This document shows, in pieces, positions 1-9,746 of a stretch of 18,738 bases of DNA (positions are counted from its first letter, which is position 1; every line of letters begins with the position of its first letter). The stretch is from the IMG/VR virus record IMGVR_UViG_2671180747_000001, one strand, 5' to 3'. The notes under the pieces are model-generated. The model did no database searches and was not told the origin of the DNA. It saw nothing but the letters and a program-made list of their open reading frames with translations. Source of the stretch: a virus. Its lineage: Duplodnaviria; Heunggongvirae; Uroviricota; Caudoviricetes. A program made the translations under genes and the position numbers.

Positions 1-2551
1 GCATTTCCGCCATCTCGTCCTTCAGCTGACTGTTGTCAATCTCTGCCCACAGCGCCTCTGCCAGATGCGTTTTTCCTATCTTTTCCCGGAAAAGTTCCAG
101 ATAGCCCGCAGCATCATTGCTCGCCCGTCCACTGGCTTCAACAAACGCGGATTTACCCACCAGATTGACGCTGCGCACGTAAAACCAGAAAACTTTCCCG
201 GGTTTAATCTGGCTGCCGGAGACGCTCCACTGGCTGCCTGTCCCCAGATAACGGGCAGAGGTTTCCACCTGTGCGGCGTCTGCAATTTTTGCCTCCGAAA
301 ACCAGAACTCAAACTGCACCGTCGGGTCATAAATGGTCAGTTTCGGGACTGCCGTTATCTGAAAATACCCCGGCGTCAGTTCAACACCGGCAGGCGCTGC
401 CGGTGCGTTAATCCGGAACGTGGTGGTGGCGGGTTCGCCCTGCTGGCCATAGCTGTTAATCGCCCTGACCGTCAGGGTGTATTCCCCGGGAGGCAGGCCA
501 CTGAAACGGTGCTCCGTATCGGCAGTGATGGCGGTGGTCAGCAGGCGGCTGTTCTCACCGCTTCCACTGGTCAGGCGCAGACTGAAGCGCACGCCCTTCA
601 CCACCCTCGGCGTGTCCCATTTCGCCAGCGCCAGATACTGGCTGTCAGCTGCGCTCACCTCCACCGTGAGGTGCTGTACTGCCGGTGGGATAACGCTGTT
701 CAGGGTGCCTGACTGCGGCTCAAAGCGGGCTCCGTTATCCACAATGGCTTCTTTTTCCGGTACGTGCTGCACTGCCGTGATGGCAAAGGTGCCGTCCGTG
801 TTTTCCCGGATGGAGACACAGCGGAACAGGCGACGGCGCAGTGACGGCAGGGAGAGTCCCCACACCCCGTATGTCTCCACACCATCAGGCAGGGTACTGA
901 CCTGTATCCGGTCCGGCGCGGGGTGTGCGGTGATGTCCACACTCACCGGCTTACCGCTGCCGTTAATCAGGTTCACCGTCGATGCACCTGTCCCCGGAAG
1001 TGTCACTTCACGGTCCAGCGTCAGGGTGCGGGTGGCAGCATCGATGGACAGGACACGTCCGCCGGTCAGGGTCCCGGCATAGTCGTTATCACAGATTTCA
1101 ATGATGTCACCGGGTGTGTGCCGCAGCCCCTGAGACCCGAGTGTGAAATCCACCGTCTGCGTTTCCAGCAGTTCGGTCTTTATCACCCACAGCCCGGCAC
1201 GGTGGGCCTGACCGCGGCTGGTACAGCCGAACGCGTCCATCTTCAGCAGGTTGCGTCCGTAGCGCAGTATGGCTTCCGGGTCTTCCACCAGTTCCGTGGA
1301 GGTCTGCCAGCCGTTCTGCGGGTCGGTGTAATTCACCTCCACCGCCGTGTGCCGGTCCTTCAGGGCACTGAAGCTGTAGCGGAACCCCACGCCGTTATCA
1401 TCCACCACCACATCGCTGTTGGTGTACGGCCACACCACATCCGACGGACGGTCCTGAACAAACGTCAGCGTCTGGCCGTTCCATACCGGCATACAGCGCA
1501 TCGCCGAGCAGAAATCACTGAGCACGTCCCATGCCTTACGCTGTTGTGCCAGGTACGCATTGAAGGTCATCCGCGGCTCTGTGCCCCCGAAACCATCCGG
1601 GACCGTCTGGTCGCAGTACTGCCCGATGGCATACAGCGCCCACTTGTCCACATCCGCCGCCCCCAGGCGTTTTCCCATCCCGTAGCGCGGGTGAGTCAGC
1701 ATGTCCCACAGGCACCAGGCCGGGTTGTTGCTGTATGCCGGTTTCAGACTGCCGTCCCAGATACCACTGTACGTGCGTTTTTCCGGGTCATAGTTTGACG
1801 GCACCTGGATGATGCGACCGCGGATATGGTAGTTCACCGTCATCTGCTGGCCGCCGAACTGCTCCGCATCCACCTGCAGCCCCACAATGGCCGTGTTCGG
1901 GTAGCACTGTTTCACATCGATGATTTCGGTGTATGACGACCAGAGCGTCTTATTCTGCAGCTGGTCCGTGGTGCTGTCCGCCGTCTCCCTGACCATCCGG
2001 ATGTTAAAGGGCCGGGGCGGCAGATTATCCAGAATCACCGACGTCAGGTACTGCGAGGTAGTCTTGCCGTTAATGGTGATATCCTTCTCCGTCACCCAGT
2101 TACCGTTACGCTCAAGCTGAATCAGCAGGCGGACAGAAGAGGGGTTACGGTCACCCTTTGAGGTGGTCTCCACCAGTGACTGCACCCCGAAGGTGACCCG
2201 CAGACGGTCAATGTTCGCTGACGTGATGGTGCGCGTCACCGGCTTTGCCTTCGTCACCTCCACGCCCAGTGCGGTTTCCGCCCCGGAGGACTCAAAGCCT
2301 TCCGGCGGTGTCTGCTCCTGCTCCCCGGCACGCCAGACGGCGGTCACACCGTGTATCACGGGATTACCGTCCGTGTCCGTCAGCGGGGTTTTGTTCACCA
2401 GAATACTCTGCAGTCCCTTCACCGGGCCTTCCACCGGTCCCTCACCGATGGCATCAATCACGCTCATCATCTGCGTGGATTTGAGATTATCCTTCGCCTC
2501 ACGCGGTGTGTGCGCCTTGCCGCCGCCTTTGCCCACGGAATCCCCCTTCAT
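1..2551 (-). CDS. J: Central tail fibre / host-specificity protein (lambda J-like), N-terminal ~850 codons; the 3' end lies beyond the window start
   Basis: ATG at 2551 (plus-strand 'cat' 2549-2551). Manual translation gives [47 protein letters not shown]..., which matches my recollection of the lambda J N-terminus and stays J-like to position 1. Frame checked at 2463, 940 and the window start. Absent from the ORF track, presumably because there is no stop inside the window. Confidence 0.85.
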   Translation of the reverse strand, partial: MKGDSVGKGGGKAHTPREAKDNLKSTQMMSVIDAIGEGPVEGPVKGLQSILVNKTPLTDTDGNPVIHGVTAVWRAGEQEQTPPEGFESSGAETALGVEVTKAKPVTRTITSANIDRLRVTFGVQSLVETTSKGDRNPSSVRLLIQLERNGNWVTEKDITINGKTTSQYLTSVILDNLPPRPFNIRMVRETADSTTDQLQNKTLWSSYTEIIDVKQCYPNTAIVGLQVDAEQFGGQQMTVNYHIRGRIIQVPSNYDPEKRTYSGIWDGSLKPAYSNNPAWCLWDMLTHPRYGMGKRLGAADVDKWALYAIGQYCDQTVPDGFGGTEPRMTFNAYLAQQRKAWDVLSDFCSAMRCMPVWNGQTLTFVQDRPSDVVWPYTNSDVVVDDNGVGFRYSFSALKDRHTAVEVNYTDPQNGWQTSTELVEDPEAILRYGRNLLKMDAFGCTSRGQAHRAGLWVIKTELLETQTVDFTLGSQGLRHTPGDIIEICDNDYAGTLTGGRVLSIDAATRTLTLDREVTLPGTGASTVNLINGSGKPVSVDITAHPAPDRIQVSTLPDGVETYGVWGLSLPSLRRRLFRCVSIRENTDGTFAITAVQHVPEKEAIVDNGARFEPQSGTLNSVIPPAVQHLTVEVSAADSQYLALAKWDTPRVVKGVRFSLRLTSGSGENSRLLTTAITADTEHRFSGLPPGEYTLTVRAINSYGQQGEPATTTFRINAPAAPAGVELTPGYFQITAVPKLTIYDPTVQFEFWFSEAKIADAAQVETSARYLGTGSQWSVSGSQIKPGKVFWFYVRSVNLVGKSAFVEASGRASNDAAGYLELFREKIGKTHLAEALWAEIDNSQLKDEMAEM

Positions 2552-2575
2552 CGTCCGCTGCCGGACACTGTTGAT

Positions 2576-2609
2576 GTATAAAAACAACAGGCACCCCGGA
2601 GAGTGCCTG
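2576..2609 (-). terminator. Putative intrinsic terminator/attenuator after the small ORF: 7-bp stem (2588-2594 / 2603-2609), 8-nt loop, then UUGUUUUUAU on the minus-strand RNA
   Basis: Inverted repeat caggcac...gtgcctg followed on the minus strand by a U-rich tract (plus-strand gtataaaaacaa at 2576-2587). Read by eye, no folding energy computed. Confidence 0.35.
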
Positions 2610-2611
2610 CA

Positions 2612-2707
2612 TCATGACGGAATAAAAATTCTGAATATCTTCACATTTTCACAAACTGACTGTGGCGCTGATAATTTCGCTGCGTTAGTGTTTTTTTGCC
2701 GTGACAT
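2612..2707 (-). CDS. Hypothetical small protein (31 aa, MSRQKNTNAAKLSAPQSVCENVKIFRIFIPS) in an AT-rich insert between I and J; possible moron
   Basis: ATG at 2707, stop TGA at 2612-2614. Consensus Shine-Dalgarno AAGGAG (plus-strand 'ctcctt' 2717-2722) with a 9-nt spacer. Sits in a ~240 bp AT-rich gap. No homology recognised; below the ORF-track size cut-off. Confidence 0.3.
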   Translation of the reverse strand: MSRQKNTNAAKLSAPQSVCENVKIFRIFIPS

Positions 2708-2749
2708 AAAAAACAACTCCTTAACACTAATCTTCATTTGTCTGAATCT

Positions 2750-2791
2750 CCCGCAGCTCCGCGATCACTGCGGGATTTTTTTATTCTTTTT
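2750..2791 (+). terminator. Putative rho-independent terminator for plus-strand (antisense) transcription: stem cccgcag (2750-2756) / ctgcggg (2768-2774), then atttttttattcttttt
   Basis: GC stem followed by a long T tract on the plus strand, directly abutting the stop codon of I (2790-2792). Read by eye. Confidence 0.4.
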
Positions 2792-3470
2792 ACCCCTGCC
2801 GTCCGATAACCACCACTTTCCCGTCACCGCCTTCATCACGGGTGCTGATGTCCTGGGATATCCGTCGTGAACCAACCAGCATTTCACCGTAAGGCACCGG
2901 CATCGGGTTACCCTGGGCAATCATGTTATCCAGCGAGGAAAAGTACGTGTTCTGTCTGCCGTTATCCGTTGCGCGGTAATCCGGTGTTTTTGCCTTCGGG
3001 GCCAGCATCTGGGCCACACCGCCCAGAATCATGCTGGCACCCAGTGAAAACAGCATCGTGGTGGCAGAAAAACCACCGGCTGCCAGGGCTGAACCCCATA
3101 ACGCCATCGTGGCTCCGGCCGTGAAGAACGACCCCACGATGGCCGCCGCCCCCAGCACAATCTGCAGTCCGCCCTTTCCGGCACCGGCCAGTCGCGGCAC
3201 AATGTGGATGACCGTTCCCTCACCCAGCTGTTCGTGAAGGCGGGCATACACCGCCTCCGGTGCCGTGTCCTCACCGGCAATACGTATCTGGTACCAGCCT
3301 TCGTTCATCTGACGGCGAAAGCCCGGCACCTGCATCGACAGTGCGCGGATGGCTTCCGCTGCCGTGTTCACATACAGGCTGAGGCGGCGGCCAAATCGTT
3401 GTAAATCCCCGTGAAGGCAGATGCGTGCCAGTGGCGGTGACGCCAGACTGAATGCGTTCGTCGTTGCCAT
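2790..3470 (-). CDS. I: Tail tip assembly protein (lambda I-like)
   Basis: 226-aa ORF. N-terminus MATTNAFSLASPPLARICLHGDLQRFGRRL... resembles lambda gpI (MAATHTLPLASPGMARICLYGDLQRFGRR... from memory). Lies between K and J as in lambda. Confidence 0.9.
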   Translation of the reverse strand: MATTNAFSLASPPLARICLHGDLQRFGRRLSLYVNTAAEAIRALSMQVPGFRRQMNEGWYQIRIAGEDTAPEAVYARLHEQLGEGTVIHIVPRLAGAGKGGLQIVLGAAAIVGSFFTAGATMALWGSALAAGGFSATTMLFSLGASMILGGVAQMLAPKAKTPDYRATDNGRQNTYFSSLDNMIAQGNPMPVPYGEMLVGSRRISQDISTRDEGGDGKVVVIGRQG

Positions 3471-4111
3471 TTTTCGGAATACCTCTCCCGTTTACTCAGT
3501 TGTTCAGGCAGATGGTGAAGCAGTTCACCGTTGCCGCAGTAAATGGCGGCATGGTTGGCCACCGATGCGCCAAAGCAGCACAGCAGAATATCGCCCGCCT
3601 GTGCAGAGGACAGGGGCACCCGGTAAAAGCCCGTGGCCTCCATATTGTCCAGGTACAGGTTCTGGCCGTTGCGCCACCACTCATCCTCGCGGTGAAAATC
3701 CGGCATTTCAGTCCCCGCCAGATGGTATGCATCCCGGAACAGCGTGTAACAGTCCGTCACCCCGTGCGCAAAGCGCCGTCCGGTCAGGTGCGGAACGCAG
3801 CGGAATTTGTGAATGTCACCCCGGCAGACCAGCCACCAGGGCAGGGCACTTTTTATCTGCAGCCGCCGGTCAGCCTCGCTCAGCCAGGGCAGCCCACCGG
3901 GATGACTGTGGACCAGTGCCACAATCTCCCCCTGCATCTCTGCCCGCAGCCAGTCTTCCGGTGCGATACGAAAATACGCCTCCGGCTCTGCGGAAATATT
4001 CACACAAGGGATATACCGCTCCCCCTCCGGCGTGCTTATCACGAAGCCGCACGACTCCGCAGGCGCACACCGCCGGGCATGTGCCAGAATCGCTGATTCA
4101 GTCTGTGTCAT
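3368..4111 (-). CDS. K: Tail tip assembly protein (lambda K-like), with JAB/MPN metalloprotease and NlpC/P60 cysteine-peptidase motifs
   Basis: Start refined to the ATG at 4111 (MTQTESAILAHARRCAPAESCGF...), 10 nt after L; the ORF-track start at 4372 would overlap L. JAMM motif HSHPGGLPWLSEAD and NlpC/P60-type DCYTL...H are visible. 3' end overlaps I by ~100 nt, as K/I do in lambda. Confidence 0.85.
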   Translation of the reverse strand: MTQTESAILAHARRCAPAESCGFVISTPEGERYIPCVNISAEPEAYFRIAPEDWLRAEMQGEIVALVHSHPGGLPWLSEADRRLQIKSALPWWLVCRGDIHKFRCVPHLTGRRFAHGVTDCYTLFRDAYHLAGTEMPDFHREDEWWRNGQNLYLDNMEATGFYRVPLSSAQAGDILLCCFGASVANHAAIYCGNGELLHHLPEQLSKRERYSEKWQRRTHSVWRHRHWHASAFTGIYNDLAAASACM

Positions 4112-4121
4112 AAACCGGGAT

Positions 4122-4820
4122 TTACTGCGAAAGTTTATTAATGGAAAGGAAACCGCCAAAATTGCCGACATTCCTGCGCAGTTCACACCCGCGCATGCAC
4201 TTGCTGCATCTGTCCTTACGGATATCGGTGGTGGGTTTATCGAACTCATCCGCCACCGCCCCGCCCGTGTAACCACACTCATCAGAGCGGTAGGTCCACA
4301 TACAGGTGTTCGCCAGCATGATGCGGCCGGGAAACAAAGCACCGTCCGTCTCGGTCGGTGTGGCCAGCACAAACGAGGCCGTCATGGCCGTCAGCGCTGA
4401 CATCTGCTCCACCACCCACCGGTCCGTCAGCTCCTGCTCCGGGTCTGCCTCAGGATTGCCTGCCACAAAGTTCACCGCATCCAGAAAACGCGCATACACC
4501 CGGCGGCGGACCACCGTGGCACCCACCAGGCTCTGCAAATCCTCCGCCATCCCGGTGACAAGGCCAAACAGATTGGACACCGTCAGCGACGGGCGGGCAC
4601 TGCTGCCCTTTCCGTTCATCTCAAAGCCGCTGCCCTCAATCGGGTACGCCTCATACTTCCGCCCCTGCCAGGTCACCGGCTCCCCTTTTTCATTCAGCTC
4701 ATTGCAGAAAAAATACCGCTCACCGCCCTGCACCGTCAGGTCGATTTCCCAGAGCACCACCCGCGGTGACTGCTCTGACTTAACCGACTCGTTCAGGCTT
4801 GCTTCGTGAATATCCTGCAT
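4122..4820 (-). CDS. L: Tail tip protein (lambda L-like)
   Basis: 232-aa ORF, same length as lambda gpL. Cys-rich C-terminus (CGYTGG...CSKCMRGC). Position between M and K. Confidence 0.9.
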   Translation of the reverse strand: MQDIHEASLNESVKSEQSPRVVLWEIDLTVQGGERYFFCNELNEKGEPVTWQGRKYEAYPIEGSGFEMNGKGSSARPSLTVSNLFGLVTGMAEDLQSLVGATVVRRRVYARFLDAVNFVAGNPEADPEQELTDRWVVEQMSALTAMTASFVLATPTETDGALFPGRIMLANTCMWTYRSDECGYTGGAVADEFDKPTTDIRKDRCSKCMRGCELRRNVGNFGGFLSINKLSQ

Positions 4821-5149
4821 CAGTTCACCACCTGCTTAAACTCCGCGCTGAACTCAACGCGCAACATCCCGACCCGCGCAGACCACCCGGCACAGGTCAC
4901 CTTTATCTGCCGGTATGCATAGGGTGGCTTCCACAAAAATGCCTTCCAGCCCCCGTGCTCTGCCAGGAACGCTTCCAGATGCCGGGCCTCCTCCCGGCTC
5001 ACGGAAAGCATCACCCGGTATGTTTTCAGGTCAGCATTCAGCCCTGCCGCCATACGCTGTGAGTACCCGTCACCAAAACGCACTTCACGCACCGATGGCT
5101 GCGAGTTCACCTCCATATCCGGCTTCACTTTCCAGCGAAAGGTTTTCAT
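4820..5149 (-). CDS. M: Tail tip protein (lambda M-like)
   Basis: 109-aa ORF. MKTFRWKVKPDMEVNSQPSVREVRFGDGYSQR... closely matches lambda gpM as I remember it (MKTFRWKVKPGMDVASVPSVRKVRFGDGYSQR...). Confidence 0.9.
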   Translation of the reverse strand: MKTFRWKVKPDMEVNSQPSVREVRFGDGYSQRMAAGLNADLKTYRVMLSVSREEARHLEAFLAEHGGWKAFLWKPPYAYRQIKVTCAGWSARVGMLRVEFSAEFKQVVN

Positions 5150-7725
5150 CGCCCGCTCCCTGATAACATACCGCCATCACGCAACTGCAGCCGGAGCTCA
5201 TCCTGCGCCCCCTTGCGGGCCATGTCATACACCGCCTTCATCAGCTGCGGCCCCGCCTGTCCGTTGATACCGTCGTTCTGAATCACCACGTGATTGTTCT
5301 GATTAAAATTAATACCTTCCGCCCGCCGCATCTGCGCCGGACTTCCGGCACCACCCACATAACCCCCTTCCGCATAGCCGCGCATCAGACGGTAAAGATT
5401 CCCCACGCCTATCCGGCTGGTTGCCTCCTTCGTGAAGACAAACTCCCCGCGGTGAACTATCCCCGCAGGCTCATATTTGCCGCCCGTGCCCGTAAATCCG
5501 CCGGTCGCAAAATGAAAGTTCGCCGCCGCAGCCTGAATGGCCGTCCCCGTGGAGGCAGACGCCCCACCACCGAAAGCACCACCAATGGCGCTGCCGATAC
5601 GCCCGACAATGCCCACCATGGCCTGTTTAAGCAGGATTTCTGTCATCATGGACAGCACCGAACGGGTGAATCCCCGCCAGTCTGCCTCTGCACCGGTCAG
5701 CATCGCCGCCATATTCTGTGCAATACCGTCAAAGGTCTGCGTGGCCGCGCTTTTAACCTGCGAAAAACTGTCCGTCGCACTTTCCGCCCACTCGCCCCAG
5801 CCGGACTTCATCCCGGCCATCCAGCTTCCACGAAGCAGCTCCTCCGCAGACCAGGTGTTCTTCAGTGCCGATGTGGCCTTCGCCAGCGCAGCCGGATTAT
5901 CACCGTACACGTCACGAAGGCGCTGCTCTTCCGACTCCCGCTGCGCCTGACGGTCGGTGAGGCCGCGGGCTTTTGCGCTGATGGCGGCCTGCTTCGCGCT
6001 TTGCTGCTGTTCAAACCGCGCCGCCTGCTGTGCCAGCTCATTCAGCCGCTTCTGGTGTTCAACCTTGTCGCCCAGCTCAGCCAGCTGGCGTTTGTACTCC
6101 AGCGTCTCTTTCTCATGGGCCAGCAGGGATTTTTCCTGCTCAGATAACTGCCGTTTCGTGGCGGCCTCTTTCAGGACCACATACTGATTTTCCGCTTTCC
6201 ATAAATCCCGCCGCTGCTGGCTGATTTTTTCATTCGCACCGGCATGCTTTTCCAGCGTCCTGAGCTCGGTTTCAAGCGCCAGCAGCGCCGCATGCGCCCG
6301 GTCTTCCTGACGCTCACCGGCTGACACTTTAACACCTGACGACTTCGGCTTTTTCAGCGTCGATTCATAATCCTTTTTCGCCGCCGCCATCAGCGTGTTG
6401 TAATCCGCCTGCAGGATTTTCCCGTCCTTCAGGGCCTTGTTCAGTTCTTCCTGACGGGCGGTATATTTCTCCAGCGGCGACAGCAGGCGTTCATACGCTT
6501 TCTGCGCCTCTCCGGTATACTTCAGCTGTGACGCCTCACGCTCAGCCCTGTCCCTTGCCGCCAGTTCACCGGCTTTTTCCATATCCGACTGCAGCGTTGC
6601 CGCCGCCAGCCCCAGACGGGCATTTTCCCGGTCATCCCATGCACCCTGAAGGTTGGCCCGGAACGAGGCGGTTTTACCGCGGCGCTGGCTCCGGCTCTGG
6701 TACCACTGCCATTTTTTATCCGCCTCATCAAATGCCTTCTGCGCACTGGCGAGCATATCCGCTGAGGATTCCGGACGACCGATATCCAGAATGGCATCCC
6801 ACATCGATTTGAATGCCTTCCCTGTTTTATCCGCCCAGGTCTCCAGTGTTCCCATGTTTTCTTTCAGGCGACGGGTCTGCTCATCAAAGCCTTTCGTGGC
6901 GATATCGTTCGCCGCCTGTAAGGCCCCGGCCTCGTCTCCGGAACGCTGCAGTTGTGCAACATACGCAATCTGCTCTGCCGTCACGTTACGGAACTGGCGC
7001 GCCATCGCCATCAGTCCCGACGTCGGGTCAGTGGTCAGCTTCCCGAAGGCTTCAGCGACTTTATCCACCTCCACACCGGATGCAGACGCAAAACGCGCGA
7101 CACTCTGGTTAATGGCATCAAACTGTTCACCACCACGCACACCGGCATTCACCAGGGCTGCCAGTGACTCTCTCGCCTGGTTAAACGTCAGCCCTGCTGC
7201 CTGCCCGGCTCTTGAGAGCGTCAGCATACGATCGGCAGTCAGTCCGGCCTGATTGCCGGAAAGGACCAGCGTTTTATTAAATTCTGAAAGCGTGGAATCC
7301 CCCTGGTACCAGGCGTACGCCAGCGCACCTGTCGCCACCGCCAGCGAGGTGACCCCGACCATCGGCAGGGTGATCGCACCGGCAAGCCCCCTGAACATGG
7401 GGATCATCCCGCCGAAGGAGTCCTTCACCTGACCGCCCTGTTGCAGCAGGATGAGCCAGGGATTCTGACCACCGGCAAGCTGCGTGGCGATATCCGTAAA
7501 CTGTGCGGGCAGGGTACGCATGGCTGCTTTATACTGCCCGACGGAAATCCCGGCTTTTTGTGCGGCCAGCGCCTGACGGTTCAGACTCTGCTCAACGGCA
7601 CCGGCGGTTTTTCTGGCGTCGGTATCCAGTCCTGAAAAATGACGCCTTACCCGGCTCATCTGCTCATCGAAACGGACAGCATCCAGACTCAGGTCAATAA
7701 CAAGATCACCAACCGGCTGGGACAT
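5146..7725 (-). CDS. H: Tail tape measure protein (lambda H-like)
   Basis: 859-aa ORF. N-terminus MSQPVGDLVIDLSLDAVRFDEQMSRVRRHFSG... and C-terminal ...GIVHRGEFVFTKEATSRIGVGNLYRLMRGYA... match lambda gpH (853 aa). Long coiled-coil, Ala/Gln/Glu-rich centre. Confidence 0.92.
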   Translation of the reverse strand: MSQPVGDLVIDLSLDAVRFDEQMSRVRRHFSGLDTDARKTAGAVEQSLNRQALAAQKAGISVGQYKAAMRTLPAQFTDIATQLAGGQNPWLILLQQGGQVKDSFGGMIPMFRGLAGAITLPMVGVTSLAVATGALAYAWYQGDSTLSEFNKTLVLSGNQAGLTADRMLTLSRAGQAAGLTFNQARESLAALVNAGVRGGEQFDAINQSVARFASASGVEVDKVAEAFGKLTTDPTSGLMAMARQFRNVTAEQIAYVAQLQRSGDEAGALQAANDIATKGFDEQTRRLKENMGTLETWADKTGKAFKSMWDAILDIGRPESSADMLASAQKAFDEADKKWQWYQSRSQRRGKTASFRANLQGAWDDRENARLGLAAATLQSDMEKAGELAARDRAEREASQLKYTGEAQKAYERLLSPLEKYTARQEELNKALKDGKILQADYNTLMAAAKKDYESTLKKPKSSGVKVSAGERQEDRAHAALLALETELRTLEKHAGANEKISQQRRDLWKAENQYVVLKEAATKRQLSEQEKSLLAHEKETLEYKRQLAELGDKVEHQKRLNELAQQAARFEQQQSAKQAAISAKARGLTDRQAQRESEEQRLRDVYGDNPAALAKATSALKNTWSAEELLRGSWMAGMKSGWGEWAESATDSFSQVKSAATQTFDGIAQNMAAMLTGAEADWRGFTRSVLSMMTEILLKQAMVGIVGRIGSAIGGAFGGGASASTGTAIQAAAANFHFATGGFTGTGGKYEPAGIVHRGEFVFTKEATSRIGVGNLYRLMRGYAEGGYVGGAGSPAQMRRAEGINFNQNNHVVIQNDGINGQAGPQLMKAVYDMARKGAQDELRLQLRDGGMLSGSGR

Positions 7726-8577
7726 ATCTCACACCTCCGGAAATCCCCGCTGAAGCCATCATTAATGCAACATCATCCTCGCTGACATCCACCACATCTG
7801 CAGAAGGTGAAATATCGCCCCCTCCCTCCCCACCGAACCGGACGCCTCCGGCAAGTCCTGCCGCTTTCTGCATCAGCATGTCTTCCTCATCCGGCATCTC
7901 CGTCTGCGCTTCCTCTCGCCGGGGAGCCAGCAGACTGAAATCCGAGGGATGCATATCCGGATCGCAAAAAAACAGGCTGAGTACGGCGTACATCAGCCCG
8001 GAAAAATGCATATCCAGTTGGGTATCCTGAAAATAATGCGTGCGGTAAAAATGTCGCCAGTCGGCATATTCGGTGGATGTCATCCCGGCAAGCATGGCGC
8101 GCCAGTCAGGCCTCCCCATCTCACGCGCCAGTCTGAGGGCAAAATTCAGCTCGCCGTCGAAAACTTTCCCGCAGAAAAATCATCATCAGTAAGCGCGTTA
8201 TTTTTCGCCACTTCGGTGCTGTCAGTATCCGCATGAACAGCCCCGCTCATCCCGGACAGACGTAACACCACCTCTTCCGCCCGGGCAATGGCATCGGCAG
8301 GCCAGGTGGTGAGCACTTCCTGCTCTATCTTCATCACGGCCTCATTCATTGACGGTGACTGCGTTTTCTGTGGATGGTTATGCCACAGGGACATCGCCAC
8401 CAGAAACGCGCCGGTTCTGACAAGATCTTCCACACTCACCTGCAGGTTGCCGCTGGCTTCAGCCTCTTCTGCCCGCCGTTTCAGGAGGGCAAGATGCTCA
8501 ATACGCTGCAGCGCAGACAGCTCAGAAAGCATGACGGATACACCGTTATATTCAAATTGTTCTGTTTTCAGAAACAT
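7706..8577 (-). CDS. T: Tail assembly chaperone G-T fusion made by a programmed -1 ribosomal frameshift at the G GGA AAG heptamer (8164-8170)
   Basis: G frame has codon first bases at 0 mod 3 and the T frame at 1 mod 3, i.e. -1 on the minus strand. After the slip the T frame reads GKVFDGELNFALRLAREMGRPDWRAMLAG..., matching the lambda gpGT junction. The T frame has no plausible independent start with an RBS. Confidence 0.75.
8146..8577 (-). CDS. G: Tail assembly chaperone (lambda G-like)
   Basis: 143-aa ORF. MFLKTEQFEYNGVSVMLSELSALQRIEHLALLKRRAEEAE...AMSLWHNHPQKTQ matches lambda gpG. Confidence 0.9.
   Translation of the reverse strand: MFLKTEQFEYNGVSVMLSELSALQRIEHLALLKRRAEEAEASGNLQVSVEDLVRTGAFLVAMSLWHNHPQKTQSPSMNEAVMKIEQEVLTTWPADAIARAEEVVLRLSGMSGAVHADTDSTEVAKNNALTDDDFSAGKFSTAS
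8164..8170 (-). other. Slippery heptanucleotide G GGA AAG for the G-T -1 frameshift
   Basis: Plus-strand 'ctttccc' 8164-8170 is the reverse complement of GGGAAAG, in the zero frame of G, 16 nt upstream of the G stop codon. Same heptamer and position as in lambda. Confidence 0.75.
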
Positions 8578-8590
8578 GTATTACCTCCGT

Positions 8591-9343
8591 TTACCCTGCA
8601 GCGCCCGCTTCAGTAACGGTGACTTCAGCTACCGTGGCAAACTGACCATTACCGGAAATCACGGGGATACTCACTTTTCCGGCCTTAATCCCCGTCACAG
8701 TGATCACCATATCTTTCACAGCAATGCTTCCCGTTGACGGATCGGCGGAAACCGCTCTGAACGTCTTGTCGGTTGCACTTTCCGGCTCAAAAGAAACCGT
8801 CAGGGTGGTTGTTTTTCCTTTTTCCACGGTACCGGATGTCTGTGTCACCTTAATTGCAGTGACCGGCGTAATTTTGCTGCGTTCTTCCGCCACGGAAGGT
8901 TTGCCCACGTTGGTCACTTTCACCGTGCGGGTGATCACTTCTTTCGCCGTCACGGCCTTACCGATACTGCTGACCCAGCCACGAAACACATCCACCGTGC
9001 CGTTCGGAAAACGGATTTTATAGGCCCGCACATCCCCGCTTTCAAACCAGCCTATAAGCCCTTTCTGACCATCTTCTCCCGGTTTCCAGGCCAGCGTAAA
9101 ACTGGTATCTCCTGCAGACTTCTGCCCCTGCCCGGTCGCGGTCCAGTCCGCGTCTTCATCATCCAGGTAGTTATCATCGTAGGGTTCTGCCGTCATCTCG
9201 CCCGGCGTCAGATCCTTCACCTTAGCCAGTCGCTGCCAGTCATCGTCTGACAACGGGTTTGCATAAGCATCACCCTTGCCGTTGTAAACCCACAGAGTGG
9301 TACCGGCACCTTTTACCGGCTCCAGGGGATTTGGTGTTGCCAT
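8591..9343 (-). CDS. V: Major tail tube protein (lambda V-like) with a C-terminal Ig-like domain
   Basis: 250-aa ORF (lambda gpV is 246 aa). The C-terminal ~80 aa are Thr/Val-rich and beta-like, as in the gpV Ig-like domain. Position between U and G. Confidence 0.9.
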   Translation of the reverse strand: MATPNPLEPVKGAGTTLWVYNGKGDAYANPLSDDDWQRLAKVKDLTPGEMTAEPYDDNYLDDEDADWTATGQGQKSAGDTSFTLAWKPGEDGQKGLIGWFESGDVRAYKIRFPNGTVDVFRGWVSSIGKAVTAKEVITRTVKVTNVGKPSVAEERSKITPVTAIKVTQTSGTVEKGKTTTLTVSFEPESATDKTFRAVSADPSTGSIAVKDMVITVTGIKAGKVSIPVISGNGQFATVAEVTVTEAGAAG

Positions 9344-9350
9344 ATCGTCC

Positions 9351-9746
9351 TCACATCTCGTATGTAATGGAATAAGTCAGATCCGCAGAGCTCCATAACG
9401 CCATATCGTCATCACGACGATACTCATAGCCCTGCGTAACCATCGTGGTAATCAGTCCTGCCAGTGCAGGGATCGCAGTCATCGCCGGATAAATCCGGCT
9501 TTCCATCCACTGATCGAGCTCCGAATCAGGTACCTGTGCCGGTAAAAACACCTCAATATGCAGTGTGGCCCGCCAGGTATCTGCATCCAGCTCTTCACCG
9601 GTATACTCTGCATCCGTCAGATAAACCGCGATCGCAGGAAAATCCTCTTCGTCAAAAACAACGGGGCGACCATCAAACAGCGTCGCCCCGTGTTCATGCT
9701 GCTCGAGTGCATCCAGCACTGCGGCACGAATGTCAGTGTGTTTCAT
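9351..9746 (-). CDS. U: Tail terminator protein (lambda U-like)
   Basis: 131-aa ORF, same length as lambda gpU. Position between Z and V. Start overlaps the Z stop (ATGA). Confidence 0.88.
   Translation of the reverse strand: MKHTDIRAAVLDALEQHEHGATLFDGRPVVFDEEDFPAIAVYLTDAEYTGEELDADTWRATLHIEVFLPAQVPDSELDQWMESRIYPAMTAIPALAGLITTMVTQGYEYRRDDDMALWSSADLTYSITYEM

Noticed and set aside
2612-2707. Type I toxin-antitoxin reading of the small ORF plus possible antisense RNA
   Set aside because: The 31-aa peptide is polar and basic with no hydrophobic transmembrane stretch, and the plus-strand promoter match is weak.
65-2870. Long plus-strand ORFs (65..712, 477..1082, 923..1798, 2163..2870 and others)
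   Set aside because: They lie antisense to the J coding sequence, which reads cleanly on the minus strand. Their translations are Arg/Pro/Cys-rich and low-complexity, typical of shadow ORFs opposite GC-rich genes.
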